Below are positions 27,280 through 37,099 of a stretch of DNA of 64,000 nucleotides, one piece after another. Position 1 is the first letter of the stretch; every line of letters begins with the position of its first letter. The stretch comes from an uncultured Actinomycetota bacterium (GTDB taxonomy: Bacteria > Actinomycetota > Actinomycetes > Propionibacteriales > Propionibacteriaceae), in the NCBI GenBank assembly GCA_963711015.1, contig CAVQCQ010000027.1:87015-151014 (forward strand), written 5' to 3'. The translations under genes were made by a program, and so were the position numbers. The notes beneath the pieces were generated by a model that worked only from the letters and a program-made list of their open reading frames with translations, ran no database searches and was not told the DNA's origin.

Positions 27280-30200
27280 TCGCGGCCCCAGTACCGCGGC
27301 ACCCGTCGGCGCAGGTCCAAGGTGAGCGGAAACTCATCGCCCCCGGCCGCCCGCCAGGCCAGCTGGGCGTCCAGCGCCTCGACGTCCACCATCCCCGTAG
27401 TCTGGCTCATCGCCTCGAATCTCTTCCGCCGCCGAGCCTCGGCCTCGTTCGCGTTGACCGGCGGAGAGTCGTACGCGCGCCCGCCCGGATGCACCACGTG
27501 ATAGGTCGCACCGCCCAGGCGGACCCGGTGGCCGCGGTCGATCACATCGAAGGAGAGCGGTGAGTTGATCTCCAGCGTGGGATGCAGCGCCGACCAGGGC
27601 TTCCAGGCCCGGTAGCGCACGCCGGCCACGTACTGGCCCGGAGTCGTCGTGGGGTGCAGCGGTACGGCGTGGCCGTTGCAGGTCACCAGGTGCCGGGCCG
27701 GGCTGAAGCCCGACACCTCCACCTGTAGCCGCTCGGTCGAGGAGTCGACATAGCGAGCCATCCCGCCGCTGGCGGACTCCTCGCCGAGCACGAGCCAAGG
27801 CTCGATCGCCGAGCGGAGTTCGAGACTGACCGAGCCCACCTCGACGCGGCCGATCCGCGGGAACCGGAACTCGGTGAAGGGCGCGAACCAACCCAGGTCG
27901 ATATCGAGATCGTGGGCCCGCAGATCCGCCACGACCTCGGCCAGGTCCATTCCCACGAAGTGTGGCAACAGGTACCGCTCGTGCAGCGCTGTCCCCCAGC
28001 GGACCAGTGGTGCCGAATATGGCTCCTCCGCGAAGCGGAGCAGCAGGGCCCGCACCAGCAGCGCCTGCACCAGGGCCATGTCCGGGTGCGGCGGCATCTC
28101 GAATCCGCGCAGTTCCAGCAGGCCGAGGCGGCCGCGCATCGAGTCCGGGCTGTAGAGCTTGTCGACGCAGAACTCGCTGCGGTGGGTGTTGCCGGTGACG
28201 TCGGTGAGCAGGTGCCGCAGCGCGCGGTCGACGGCCCAGGGCCGATGGTCGCCGTCGGGCAGCTCGGCGATCTCGGCGAACGCGATCTCCAGCTCGTAGC
28301 AGATCTCGGGTCGGCCCTCGTCCACCCTCGGCGCCTGGCTGGTCGGCCCGACGAACCGGCCCGAGAACAGGTACGACAGCGCGGGATGGTGCTGCCAATA
28401 GGTGATCATGCTGACCAGCAGGTCGGGCCGGCGGAGCAGCGGGGAACGGCTCGGCTCGGCGCCACCCAGGGTGAGGTGGTTGCCACCACCGGTACCGCTG
28501 TGCCGGCCGTCGAGGCCGAACGTCTCGGTGCCCAGCCGCTGGGACCGGGCGATCGCGTACAGGGTGTGGGTGAGGCGGGACAGCTCGTTCCAGCTCGAGG
28601 TGGGATGGGCGTTGACCTCGATCACCCCGGGGTCGGGGGTCACCAGCAGGGTCTTGACCCTCGGGTCGGGCGGCGGGCCGTAGCCTTCGAGGACGATCCG
28701 CGTTGCCGTGGCCGTCGCGGCCCGGTCGATCATGCCGACCAGCTCGGCGAAGGCCTCCAGCCTCTCCAGCGGCGGCAGGTAGACGTGCACATGGCCATTC
28801 CGGGCCTCGATCACCAGCGCGGTCCGTGCCGGTGTCTCGTTCGCGTCGACCACCATCGCGCGGGCGCCGGCGTCCACTTCGGCCAGCGGCGGCTCGGCGT
28901 CGGCGTAGGAGTCCTCACCCGCATAGTCCGGATCGGTCCACGACAACGAGGCGAGCGGCAGCCGTGCCCCGGCCGGCGAGTCGCCCCGCACCAGGACGAG
29001 CCGGCCGCGCCGGGTCTGCCAGTCCGGGCTGGCCCAGATCTCACCGAACCATGAGGGCACGAGCGGCAGCGCCCAGGCCGCCGGCGTCGTCTCGTTCCGG
29101 TCGAGATCGGCGACGAGGTCACCGTCGGGCCGCTCCGGCTCACCGGTGGGCCGCGCACCCTCGGGCCGGCCGACCTCCTCGGCCAGCCGGGCCAGCGGGT
29201 CCTCGAAGCACGGCCGTAGCTGCTCGGGCGGCAACCCGAAGTCGGCGGTGATCGTCCGGGCCAGCGCCTCGGCCCGCGCCGGTGCGTCCTGATACGCCTG
29301 GTCCGGCTCGAACGGGTCGGCCAGCAGGCCCGGATCACTCCACAGCTGCTCGCCGTCGCTCCGCCAGATAAGGCCGATCTGCCAGCGCGGTAGTGCCTCA
29401 CCGGGATACCACTTGCCCTGGCTGCGCTGCACCAGCCCGCCCTTGGCGAACTCCTCGGCCAGCGCCAGCGCGAGCCGGTTGGCGATCACCCGCTTCTCCG
29501 GGCCGTCCGCGGCAACGGTCCACTGGGCCGAGGTGGGATCGTCCAACGAGACGAAGGTCGGCTCGCCGCCCATGGTGAGCTCGATGCCGGCCGCTGCGAG
29601 CCGCTCGTCGACGTGCTGCCCGAGTTGTTGCAGGTGGTCGACCTGGGCCGGCGTGTACGGCCGGGTCACCCGCGGGTCCTCGAAGACCCGGCGCACCGAG
29701 TTGCCGTAAACCATCGTGGTCTCGGAGCGCTCGGTCGCCCCGGTGATCGGCGCCGCGGAGGCCGGGTGGGGTGTGGCGGCCAGCGGGATGTGGCCCTCGC
29801 CCGCGTACAGGGCCGAGGTGGGATCGAGGCCGATCCAGCCCGCGCCGGGGATGAAGACCTCGGCCCAGGCGTGCAGGTCGGTGAAGTCCTCGCTCGGACC
29901 ACGGGGGCCCTCGACCGGCTCCTGGTCGGGTGCGAGCTGCACCAGGTAGCCGGACACGAACCGGGCCGCCAGGCCGAAGTGGCGGAGCGCGATGACCAGC
30001 AGCCAGGAGGAGTCGCGGCAGGAGCCGATCCCCCGGTCCAGCGTCTGGTCCGGGGTCTGCACCCCGGCCTCCATCCGGGTCGAGTACGCGATGTCGGCGT
30101 TGACCGCGGCGTTCAGCCCGCTCAGGAACGGGATGGTGAGCTGCCCCTCCGGACCTGGCGTCGGCAGGGCCGCCAGCCAGTCGGTCAGCCGAGGTCCACT

Positions 30201-30572
30201 CGCCGACTCGGGGATCTCCAGGTAGGGACGCAGGTCAGCGGCCAGGTCCGGCAGATAGCTGAACGGAAAGCGCTCGGCGTGGCTCTCGATGAAGAAGTCG
30301 AAAGGATTGATCACTCCCATGTCGGCCACCAGACCGACGGTGATGTCGAGCTCGGCGGCCTTGTTCGGGAAGACCACCCGGGCCAGGTAGTTGCCGAAGG
30401 GGTCCTGCTGCCAGTTGAGGAAATGCTCGGCGGGAGAGATCGTGAGCGCGTACGACTCGATCGGAGTGCGAGCGTGCGGCGCCGGCCGCAGCCGGATCAC
30501 GTGCGGGCCGATCGCCACAGGGCGGTCGAACCGGTAGGTCGTGCGATGCTCGATCGCGACCTTGATGCTCAT
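27276..30572 (-). CDS. large transglutaminase-like / DUF2126 protein (Rv2566-like)
   Basis: Intact 1098-aa ORF. N-terminus IEHRTTYRFDRPVAIGPHVIRLRPAPH, core GSCRDSSWLLVIALRHFGLAARFVSGY...LHAWAEVF, and a long C-terminal DUF2126-type region. The ATG is preceded by AGGGGGG. Confidence 0.8.
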   Translation of the reverse strand: MSIKVAIEHRTTYRFDRPVAIGPHVIRLRPAPHARTPIESYALTISPAEHFLNWQQDPFGNYLARVVFPNKAAELDITVGLVADMGVINPFDFFIESHAERFPFSYLPDLAADLRPYLEIPESASGPRLTDWLAALPTPGPEGQLTIPFLSGLNAAVNADIAYSTRMEAGVQTPDQTLDRGIGSCRDSSWLLVIALRHFGLAARFVSGYLVQLAPDQEPVEGPRGPSEDFTDLHAWAEVFIPGAGWIGLDPTSALYAGEGHIPLAATPHPASAAPITGATERSETTMVYGNSVRRVFEDPRVTRPYTPAQVDHLQQLGQHVDERLAAAGIELTMGGEPTFVSLDDPTSAQWTVAADGPEKRVIANRLALALAEEFAKGGLVQRSQGKWYPGEALPRWQIGLIWRSDGEQLWSDPGLLADPFEPDQAYQDAPARAEALARTITADFGLPPEQLRPCFEDPLARLAEEVGRPEGARPTGEPERPDGDLVADLDRNETTPAAWALPLVPSWFGEIWASPDWQTRRGRLVLVRGDSPAGARLPLASLSWTDPDYAGEDSYADAEPPLAEVDAGARAMVVDANETPARTALVIEARNGHVHVYLPPLERLEAFAELVGMIDRAATATATRIVLEGYGPPPDPRVKTLLVTPDPGVIEVNAHPTSSWNELSRLTHTLYAIARSQRLGTETFGLDGRHSGTGGGNHLTLGGAEPSRSPLLRRPDLLVSMITYWQHHPALSYLFSGRFVGPTSQAPRVDEGRPEICYELEIAFAEIAELPDGDHRPWAVDRALRHLLTDVTGNTHRSEFCVDKLYSPDSMRGRLGLLELRGFEMPPHPDMALVQALLVRALLLRFAEEPYSAPLVRWGTALHERYLLPHFVGMDLAEVVADLRAHDLDIDLGWFAPFTEFRFPRIGRVEVGSVSLELRSAIEPWLVLGEESASGGMARYVDSSTERLQVEVSGFSPARHLVTCNGHAVPLHPTTTPGQYVAGVRYRAWKPWSALHPTLEINSPLSFDVIDRGHRVRLGGATYHVVHPGGRAYDSPPVNANEAEARRRKRFEAMSQTTGMVDVEALDAQLAWRAAGGDEFPLTLDLRRRVPRYWGRE

Positions 30573-30597
30573 CCCCCCTGAGCCTGTCGAAGGGCGC

Positions 30598-32043
30598 TCA
30601 GTAGCGGTAGTGGTCGGACTTGTACGGGCCGTCCACCGAGACGCCCAGGTAGGCGGCCTGCTTCGAGGTGAGCTCGGTCAGGCGTACACCCAGGGCCTCC
30701 AGGTGCAACCGGGCCACCTCCTCGTCGAGGTGCTTGGGCAGCGTGTAGACGCTGAGCGGATACTCCTCGGGCTTGGTGAACAGCTCGATCTGGGCCATCA
30801 CCTGGTTGGTGAAGGAGTTGCTCATCACGAAGCTGGGATGCCCGGTGGCGTTGCCCAGGTTCATCAGCCGGCCCTCGCTGAGCACGAGAATCGAGTGCTC
30901 TTCGGCTCCGTCCTCGCTCGGCTCGAACCGCCACTCGTCGACCTGAGGCTTGATGTTGATCTTCTTCGCACCGGGCCAGGCGGCCAGGCCGGCCATGTCG
31001 ATCTCGTTGTCGAAGTGGCCGATGTTGGACACGATCGCCTGGTGCTTCATCCGGCTCATCTGGTCCGCAGTGATCACGTCCAGACAGCCGGTGGCGGTGA
31101 CGTAGATGTCCGCGTACGGGAGCACGTCCTCCAGGGTGGCGACCTGGTAGCCGTCCATGGCCGCCTGCAGCGCGCAGATCGGGTCGACCTCGGTGATGAT
31201 CACCCGGGCGCCCTGGCCGCGCAGCGACTCGGCGCAGCCCTTGCCGACGTCGCCGTAGCCGCAGACCACGGCGACCTTGCCGCCGATCAGCACGTCGGTG
31301 GCCCGGTTCAGCCCGTCGATCAAGGAGTGCCGGACGCCGTACTTGTTGTCGAACTTGGACTTGGTCACCGAGTCGTTGACGTTGATCGCGGGGAACAGCA
31401 GGGCATTGGCGCGCAGCATCTCGTACAGCCGGTGGACGCCGGTCGTCGTCTCCTCGGTCACGCCCTTGATGGCGTTGGCCACCTCGACCCAGGAGCGGCC
31501 CTCGGCCAGGCTCTTGCGGATCAGCTCGAGGACGACCTTCCACTCCTCGGTGTCGTCCTCGCTCGGCTCGGGCACCTCGCCGGCCTTCTCGTACTCCACT
31601 GCCTTGTGCACCAGCAGCGTGGCGTCCCCGCCGTCATCGAGGATCATGTTGGCGAACTCGCCATCCGGCCAGCTGAGGATCTGCTCGGTGCACTCCCAGT
31701 ACTCCACCAGCGTCTCGCCCTTCCAGGCGAACACCGGGACTCCCTTCGGGTCGTCGAGCGTGCCGTCCGGACCGACCACCACCGCCGCGGCCGCGTGGTC
31801 CTGAGTGGAGAAGATGTTGCAGCTGGCCCAGCGCACCTCGGCACCCAGGGCCACCAGCGTCTCGATGAGCACCGCGGTCTGCACCGTCATGTGCAGCGAT
31901 CCGGCGATCCTGGCTCCGGCGAGCGGCTTGGAGTCCCCGTACTGGGCCCGCATCGCCATCAGACCCGGCATCTCGTGCTCAGCCAGGCTGATCTCCTTGC
32001 GCCCGAAGTCGGCCAAGGTCAGGTCGGCAACGCGAAAATCCAT
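30598..32043 (-). CDS. ahcY: adenosylhomocysteinase
   Basis: 481-aa ORF: [18 protein letters not shown]..., NAD-binding [10 protein letters not shown], and the long actinobacterial form. Confidence 0.95.
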   Translation of the reverse strand: MDFRVADLTLADFGRKEISLAEHEMPGLMAMRAQYGDSKPLAGARIAGSLHMTVQTAVLIETLVALGAEVRWASCNIFSTQDHAAAAVVVGPDGTLDDPKGVPVFAWKGETLVEYWECTEQILSWPDGEFANMILDDGGDATLLVHKAVEYEKAGEVPEPSEDDTEEWKVVLELIRKSLAEGRSWVEVANAIKGVTEETTTGVHRLYEMLRANALLFPAINVNDSVTKSKFDNKYGVRHSLIDGLNRATDVLIGGKVAVVCGYGDVGKGCAESLRGQGARVIITEVDPICALQAAMDGYQVATLEDVLPYADIYVTATGCLDVITADQMSRMKHQAIVSNIGHFDNEIDMAGLAAWPGAKKINIKPQVDEWRFEPSEDGAEEHSILVLSEGRLMNLGNATGHPSFVMSNSFTNQVMAQIELFTKPEEYPLSVYTLPKHLDEEVARLHLEALGVRLTELTSKQAAYLGVSVDGPYKSDHYRY

Positions 32044-32062
32044 GCTCCGCAGCCTAGGCGAG

Positions 32063-32139
32063 CCCTGCCGGTTTCGAACGCTGCGTCCGTTTCTCGCGCT
32101 GTGCTCCCGTTACTTCGGGAGCACAGCGTGAAGAACCGG
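32063..32139 (-). repeat. 77-nt structured intergenic element, copy 2 (reverse orientation)
   Basis: The reverse complement reads CCGGTTCTTCACGCTGTGCTCCCGAAGTAACGGGAGCACAGCGCGAGAAACGGACGCAGCGTTCGAAACCGGCAGGG. By hand alignment, 63 of 77 positions are identical to 12433-12509. Confidence 0.8.
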
Positions 32140-32167
32140 AGCACAGTGCAGCGGAGTGGCGTAGGCG

Positions 32168-32440
32168 TCAGGCGAGGCTCACCGCGGTCGGGGCCATGGC
32201 GACGCGGTAGTACGCGACCGTCGGACGAAGGTTGTCGAGGAGGATCTCGCGGATCTGCTCCGCCTCGGGGCCTTCCTGCTCCGAGATGGCGCCGAGCAGG
32301 TCGTCGATCTCGCGCCGAGTCTGGTAGCTCGCCAGTTCTTGCTGCAGTGTCCGGTATCGGGCGCGCGCCTCGCGACGCTCACGCAAGTCGTCGCGGATCT
32401 TGGTGAGAAGCCTGCGACTCTGAGTTGTCGAATCAGTCAT
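32168..32440 (-). CDS. hypothetical small helical protein
   Basis: 90-aa ORF (MTDSTTQSRRLLTKIRDDLRERREARARYRTLQQELASYQTRREIDDLL...) preceded by an A/T-rich stretch. No family recognised. Confidence 0.45.
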   Translation of the reverse strand: MTDSTTQSRRLLTKIRDDLRERREARARYRTLQQELASYQTRREIDDLLGAISEQEGPEAEQIREILLDNLRPTVAYYRVAMAPTAVSLA

Positions 32441-32530
32441 ACCTCAAGTGTGAAGTTGACCCATTCATACGTCCAATGCAATGACATGCAGCAACTCATG
32501 CACTAGCGACATAGATCATCGACGATCCGC

Positions 32531-33520
32531 TCAGTGCCCGGGAGCCGCGGGGCGAGTCGGCCGGGCGGCCGGTACGTGATGCTCGTCGTAGATGTCGGGT
32601 TCGAGGTAGAGGGCGGTGACCATCGGCTCGGCGGTGCGGATGGCGTCCTCGGCGCGGTTGATGATGTCGGCCACCTCGCCCGCGCTGGCCGAGGTGCTGA
32701 CGGCGATCTTGGCCGCAACCAGCACCTCCTCCGGACCGAGGTGCAGCGTCTTCATGTGGATGATTCGCTCCACGCCGGATGCCCCGGCGAGCGCGCCCTC
32801 GATCTTGTGCACCGACTCGACGCTGGCCGCCTCGCCGAGCAGCAGGCTCTTCATCTCGATCGACAGGGTGATCGCGACCAGGACCAGGAGCAGGCCGATC
32901 AGGGCAGTCCCGATCACGTCGAAGTAGCCGTTCTTGGTGATCAGGGTCATGCCGACGCCGAACAGCGCGAAGACCAGGCCCAGCAGGGCGGCGAGGTCCT
33001 CGAGCAGGATCACCGGCAGCTCCGGCGCCTTCGCGGAGCGGATGAACCGGTTCCATGGCTGCTTGTGCCGCACCTTGTTGGACTCCACGATCGCGGTGCG
33101 GAAGGAGAACGACTCGGCGATGATCGCCGCGCCCAGCACAACGAGCGGCACCCACCACCAGCGACCCTCGAGCAGCTCGTTGGGATGGCCCTCCGCGATC
33201 TCGTGATACTTGTGGTACGCCTCGTAGAGCGCGAACAGCCCGCCGACAGTGAACAGCACCACGGCGACGACGAAGGCGAAGAAATAGCGCTCGCGGCCGT
33301 AGCCGAACGGATGCTCCGGCGTCGCCTCCTTCCTGGCCCGTCTGCCGCCGATCAGCAGCAGCACCTGGTTGCCGGAGTCGGCGACGGAGTGAATGGCCTC
33401 GGCCAGCATCGACGAGGCGCCGGTCAGCAGCCAGGCGACGAACTTGGTGCACGCGATAAAAATGTTGGCCGTCAGGGCCGCGACGACGGCCTTGGTGCCC
33501 CCCTCGGTACTCACAGGCAT
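32531..33520 (-). CDS. cation diffusion facilitator family transporter
   Basis: 329 aa with SSMLAEAIHSVADSGNQVLLLIG...HPFGYGRERYF, which are CDF signature regions. Confidence 0.85.
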   Translation of the reverse strand: MPVSTEGGTKAVVAALTANIFIACTKFVAWLLTGASSMLAEAIHSVADSGNQVLLLIGGRRARKEATPEHPFGYGRERYFFAFVVAVVLFTVGGLFALYEAYHKYHEIAEGHPNELLEGRWWWVPLVVLGAAIIAESFSFRTAIVESNKVRHKQPWNRFIRSAKAPELPVILLEDLAALLGLVFALFGVGMTLITKNGYFDVIGTALIGLLLVLVAITLSIEMKSLLLGEAASVESVHKIEGALAGASGVERIIHMKTLHLGPEEVLVAAKIAVSTSASAGEVADIINRAEDAIRTAEPMVTALYLEPDIYDEHHVPAARPTRPAAPGH

Positions 33521-33552
33521 GATCCTGCCAGAGCCGTACGCGAAGGTCAGCC

Positions 33553-34578
33553 CTAGTCGACCCGCCCCAAGCCCACTGAGAGGTACACCGCGGCAAACAT
33601 CCCGGTCTGCAGCAGGGTCGCGTAGCGCTCCACGTCGGAGCCGGACCAGTGCGCGATCGGGCAGACGCGTACGTCGTTGCGCTCGGCCGCGGCCACCAAC
33701 CGCACGTGGTCGGAGCGGATCAGGGTCTCGTTGTTGCCGTCGTCCAGCATCACCAACCCCGGCCGGCGGTCGGCACCCGTCCCGTCGGTGAAGGGATCGG
33801 CGAACGGGTCGCGCGGCTCGGTGGACTCCAGGATGGGCAGCAGCGCGTCCGCGTCGGCGGCCAGCGCCGCTCGACCGCTCGCCGCTCGCAGCGCCTCGGC
33901 GATCCGGCGGCTGGCCCGCGCGGCCAGCACGGAACCGCCCCAGACCAGCGGCTGTGCGTCGGCCAGCCCGAGCGCCAGGTCCTTGGCCGGGTTCTCCGAG
34001 ACATCGGCGAACGGCGAGCAGTCCTCGGCGACCTGGTCCATCGCATCAGCGACCGCATCCGGGTGCACCTTCGGCCCCAGCTGCATCTCGTTCAGCCCGG
34101 ACAGCACCACGATCGCTGCGGCCAGCGGGTCAGCGGTCGAGGTCGGCAGCTGCACGGTCGACCGGGATGCGGCGTGCTCGGCGATCGTCGAGGGTGCCGG
34201 GCAGGCGATCAGCAGCTGCGCACCCCTCCGCACCGCCTCGTGCACCGTGGCCACCAGCGTCGCCGGAGCGCCGTCGCTGGCCATCACGACCACCAGATCC
34301 AGCGCACCGACCCAGCCGGGCAGACCATGGGTCGGCCAGGCCACGAACGGCACCGGGCAGACCGGCTCCAGCATCGCCCGGATGAACCGCGCCTCGCTGC
34401 CTGCCGCGATCACCGCACGCGGCCGCGGCAGTCCGCGCAGCTGCGTGATCGGCTCACCCGCGTCCGCGGTCTCACGGCGGACCCGGGCGCCGGCCTCGGC
34501 CAGTCGCCGCAGGATCGGGTCAGCCTCGGCGAGCCGGAAATGATCCTCGAGGGCCGAGTCGTCGAAGATCGACATCAC
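33553..34578 (-). CDS. SIS domain-containing protein (Rv3256c-like)
   Basis: 341-aa ORF in the conserved position next to Trm112/manB, with a two-lobed SIS-like sequence. The function call is by synteny and general resemblance. Confidence 0.65.
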   Translation of the reverse strand: MMSIFDDSALEDHFRLAEADPILRRLAEAGARVRRETADAGEPITQLRGLPRPRAVIAAGSEARFIRAMLEPVCPVPFVAWPTHGLPGWVGALDLVVVMASDGAPATLVATVHEAVRRGAQLLIACPAPSTIAEHAASRSTVQLPTSTADPLAAAIVVLSGLNEMQLGPKVHPDAVADAMDQVAEDCSPFADVSENPAKDLALGLADAQPLVWGGSVLAARASRRIAEALRAASGRAALAADADALLPILESTEPRDPFADPFTDGTGADRRPGLVMLDDGNNETLIRSDHVRLVAAAERNDVRVCPIAHWSGSDVERYATLLQTGMFAAVYLSVGLGRVD

Positions 34579-34763
34579 CGGCTTCGGGGACGGCGGGCCT
34601 CGTCGATCAGGAGTACGGGAATGCCCTGCCGAACCGGGTAGGCCAGGCCGCAGTCCGGCGCCAGACAGACCAGCTCGTCGCGATCATGGTCGACCGCGAG
34701 CGACCCGTGGCAGTTCGGGCAGGCCAAGATCTCCAGCAGCTCCGGCGCCAGCTCGACCGCCAT
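34575..34763 (-). CDS. Trm112 family protein
   Basis: 62 aa with [14 protein letters not shown]...[26 protein letters not shown], a zinc-ribbon Trm112 pattern. Confidence 0.8.
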   Translation of the reverse strand: MAVELAPELLEILACPNCHGSLAVDHDRDELVCLAPDCGLAYPVRQGIPVLLIDEARRPRSR

Positions 34764-34779
34764 CTGTCCCTCCTTCGTC

Positions 34780-36165
34780 CTAGCCGCGGATCAAACCTAA
34801 TGCCTCGTCCCGCAGCGCGGCCATCTCCGCCTCGCCGGCGGCCTCGACGTTCAGTCGCAGCAGCGGCTCGGTGTTGCTGGGCCGGACGTTGATCCACCAG
34901 TCCGGGCCGTTCACGGTCAGCCCGTCCAGCCGATCCTGCTCGCCCCGGCCGGCGAACGCCGCCGCGACCCGGTCCATGATCATCGCCTGGTCGCTGACCA
35001 GGGTGTTGATCTCCCCGGACGCGGCGTACCGGTTGAACTCCCGGACGATCTCCGAAAGCGGCCGGTCGGTCCGACCGGCCAGCGCCAGCACGTGCAGCGC
35101 GGCGAGCATCCCGGTGTCAGCGCCCCAGAAGTCGCGGAAGTAGTAGTGCGCGGAGTGCTCGCCGCCGAAGATCGCGTTGCGCTCGGCCATGGCCGCCTTG
35201 ACGAAGGTATGGCCGACCTTGGTGATCACGATCTCGCCACCCGCCTCGGTGACCACCTCGACCACCGTCCGCGAGGTGATCTTGTTGCAGACGATCACCC
35301 CACCCGGCTCGCGGCGCAGCTCCTGGCTGGCGATCATGGCGGTGACCGCCGACGGACTGACCACCACGCCCTGCTCGTCGATGAGGAAGCAGCGGTCGGC
35401 GTCGCCGTCGAAGACCAGTGCCAGGTCGGCGCCGTGTTCGAGTACCGCGCGCTGGGCATCGACCAGGTTCTCCGGCTCCAGCGGATTGGCGGGGTGGTTC
35501 GGGAAGCTTCCGTCCGGATCGGTGTAGAGCCCGATCAGCTCCAGCTCGGCCGAGCCGAGAACCGCCGGGAGGGTGTGCCCGGCCATCCCGTTCCCGGCGT
35601 CGGCGACCACCGTCAGCCGCCGGATGCCGGTCAGGTCGACGAGAGAGTGCAGGTGGTCCGCGTACGCCGGGAGCAGGTCGGTCTCCGACCGCTCGCCCCG
35701 GGCCGGGCCGGGCACCGGCGGCGATCCCATGGCGCGCTCGGCGATCTCGCGCAGCTGTGCCGGCGCGATCGGCCGCGCGGCGGCCAGGCAGAACTTGATC
35801 CCGTTGTACTCCGCGGGGTTGTGGCTGGCGGTGAACATCGCGCCCGGCAGGCCGAGCCGCCCGGAGGCGAACCACAGCTGGTCGGTACTGGCCAGCCCGA
35901 TGTCGACCACATCGGAGCCTCGGCTCAGGACGCCGTCGATGAAGGCCGCGGACATCGACGGGCTGCTCAACCGCATGTCCCGGCCGACCACCAGGGCGCC
36001 TTCGGCGGCGTTCAGGTCCAGGGTGTCGACCAGCGCGGCGCCGATCGCGTACGCCCCCGCGGCGTCCCACTCGGGGCTCGACGTGTCCGATCCCGGGGGG
36101 ACACCCCCCGAGGGGGAGGTCACCCCGCGGATGTCGTTGGCCTTGAAGATTCCTGGCGTGATCAT
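34780..36165 (-). CDS. manB: phosphomannomutase/phosphoglucomutase
   Basis: 461 aa with IFKANDIRG, the [14 protein letters not shown] phosphoserine loop, and GDGDADRCF. Confidence 0.9.
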   Translation of the reverse strand: MITPGIFKANDIRGVTSPSGGVPPGSDTSSPEWDAAGAYAIGAALVDTLDLNAAEGALVVGRDMRLSSPSMSAAFIDGVLSRGSDVVDIGLASTDQLWFASGRLGLPGAMFTASHNPAEYNGIKFCLAAARPIAPAQLREIAERAMGSPPVPGPARGERSETDLLPAYADHLHSLVDLTGIRRLTVVADAGNGMAGHTLPAVLGSAELELIGLYTDPDGSFPNHPANPLEPENLVDAQRAVLEHGADLALVFDGDADRCFLIDEQGVVVSPSAVTAMIASQELRREPGGVIVCNKITSRTVVEVVTEAGGEIVITKVGHTFVKAAMAERNAIFGGEHSAHYYFRDFWGADTGMLAALHVLALAGRTDRPLSEIVREFNRYAASGEINTLVSDQAMIMDRVAAAFAGRGEQDRLDGLTVNGPDWWINVRPSNTEPLLRLNVEAAGEAEMAALRDEALGLIRG

Positions 36166-36187
36166 CGCGGAACGATCTTAGGGGCGG

Positions 36188-36562
36188 TCACACTCCCGGG
36201 TCGGCCAGCACCGTCAGATGGCCCCGGCGGCCCAGCTCGACGATGCCCGTCCGCCGGATCGGCCGTTCCTCGGCCGGACCCGGCACCGGATCGTAGGACA
36301 GCCCCACCTCACGGACGGCGTCGGCGAGCGCGAGGAGGTCGTCCGCACTCGGCTGCGGCGGCTCGTCCGCAGCGAGCCTGATCACCTCCCAGCCGCGCGG
36401 GGCCGAGAGGCTGCGGGCGTGGGCCTGGCACAGGTCATACCCGTGCGGCTCGGCCCGGACGGCGAGCGGGCCGAGGACAGCGGTCGAGTCGCGGTAGACG
36501 TAGGTCAAGGTGGCCGAAGCCGGCTGCGGGCAGGCCGCACGCGAACAGCGCCGAGATCCCAC
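36188..36562 (-). CDS. DUF3499 domain-containing protein
   Basis: From GTG 36562: RRCSRAACPQPASATLTYVYRDSTAVLGPLA...GYDLCQAHA. Conserved position next to manB. Confidence 0.75.
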   Translation of the reverse strand: MGSRRCSRAACPQPASATLTYVYRDSTAVLGPLAVRAEPHGYDLCQAHARSLSAPRGWEVIRLAADEPPQPSADDLLALADAVREVGLSYDPVPGPAEERPIRRTGIVELGRRGHLTVLADPGV

Positions 36563-36655
36563 CTGCCCGACGCTACCGGCGGCGCAGGATGTCACGTCGG
36601 CGCAACGCCGCGAGCTGCGCGGAAGGAGTTGCCCGGCCCGCACTAGGATCCGATC

Positions 36656-37096
36656 ATGCCCAGCCGGACCCGAGACCGGCACGGCCGCGGCCTCCGCGGT
36701 CCCCTCGCCTTGACCAGCCCGCTGACCGGTCGCCGGGCCGCACCCCCGCATCCCTCCAGCCGGGCCGACTTCTTCAACGACAGCGTGCAGTCGGCGGTGG
36801 AGCGGATCAGTCGGCAGTGTCCGGCGGCGCTGGACCGGATCGCCGTCGGAATCGCCGACGTACCGCACTTCGACGTCGCCTGGTCCGCGGCCCAGGTTCC
36901 GCTCGCCGCCGCGCTGGAGGGGTCGCTGGACCGGCCCGCTCAGGTGGTGGTCTACCGGCGCCCGCTGGAGCATCGCGCCGCGAGTCGGCGAGGACTTCGG
37001 ATCCTGGTCTATCGGACCATCGTCGAGCAGCTCTCCGCATTGACCGGACTCAGCGTGGACGAGATCGACCCGGACGGGGCCGGCGCCGAGGACTAG
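36656..37096 (+). CDS. metallopeptidase family protein (Rv3259-like)
   Basis: 146-aa ORF divergent from the DUF3499 gene, as in other actinobacteria. FFNDSVQSAVERI...IAVGIADVP is consistent with the family. Called partly on synteny. Confidence 0.6.
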   Translation: MPSRTRDRHGRGLRGPLALTSPLTGRRAAPPHPSSRADFFNDSVQSAVERISRQCPAALDRIAVGIADVPHFDVAWSAAQVPLAAALEGSLDRPAQVVVYRRPLEHRAASRRGLRILVYRTIVEQLSALTGLSVDEIDPDGAGAED

Positions 37097-37099
37097 CCG

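Noticed and set aside
24469-27501. 1010-aa plus-strand ORF. The same applies to 30541..32406, 37789..39525, 39651..41261, 27912..29054 and 52856..54301
   Set aside because: All are antisense to long minus-strand genes with clear family signatures. Their translations are dominated by Arg, Pro, Gly and His runs and carry no recognisable motifs. These are high-GC shadow ORFs.
32044-32167. SAH riboswitch in the ahcY leader
   Set aside because: The leader does not match the SAH-riboswitch consensus as I remember it (GAGGAGCGCUGC ... AACGGCGCUC). Most of the leader is the 77-nt element, which also occurs at the unrelated clpS locus in the opposite orientation. An Rfam/Infernal scan would be the decisive test.
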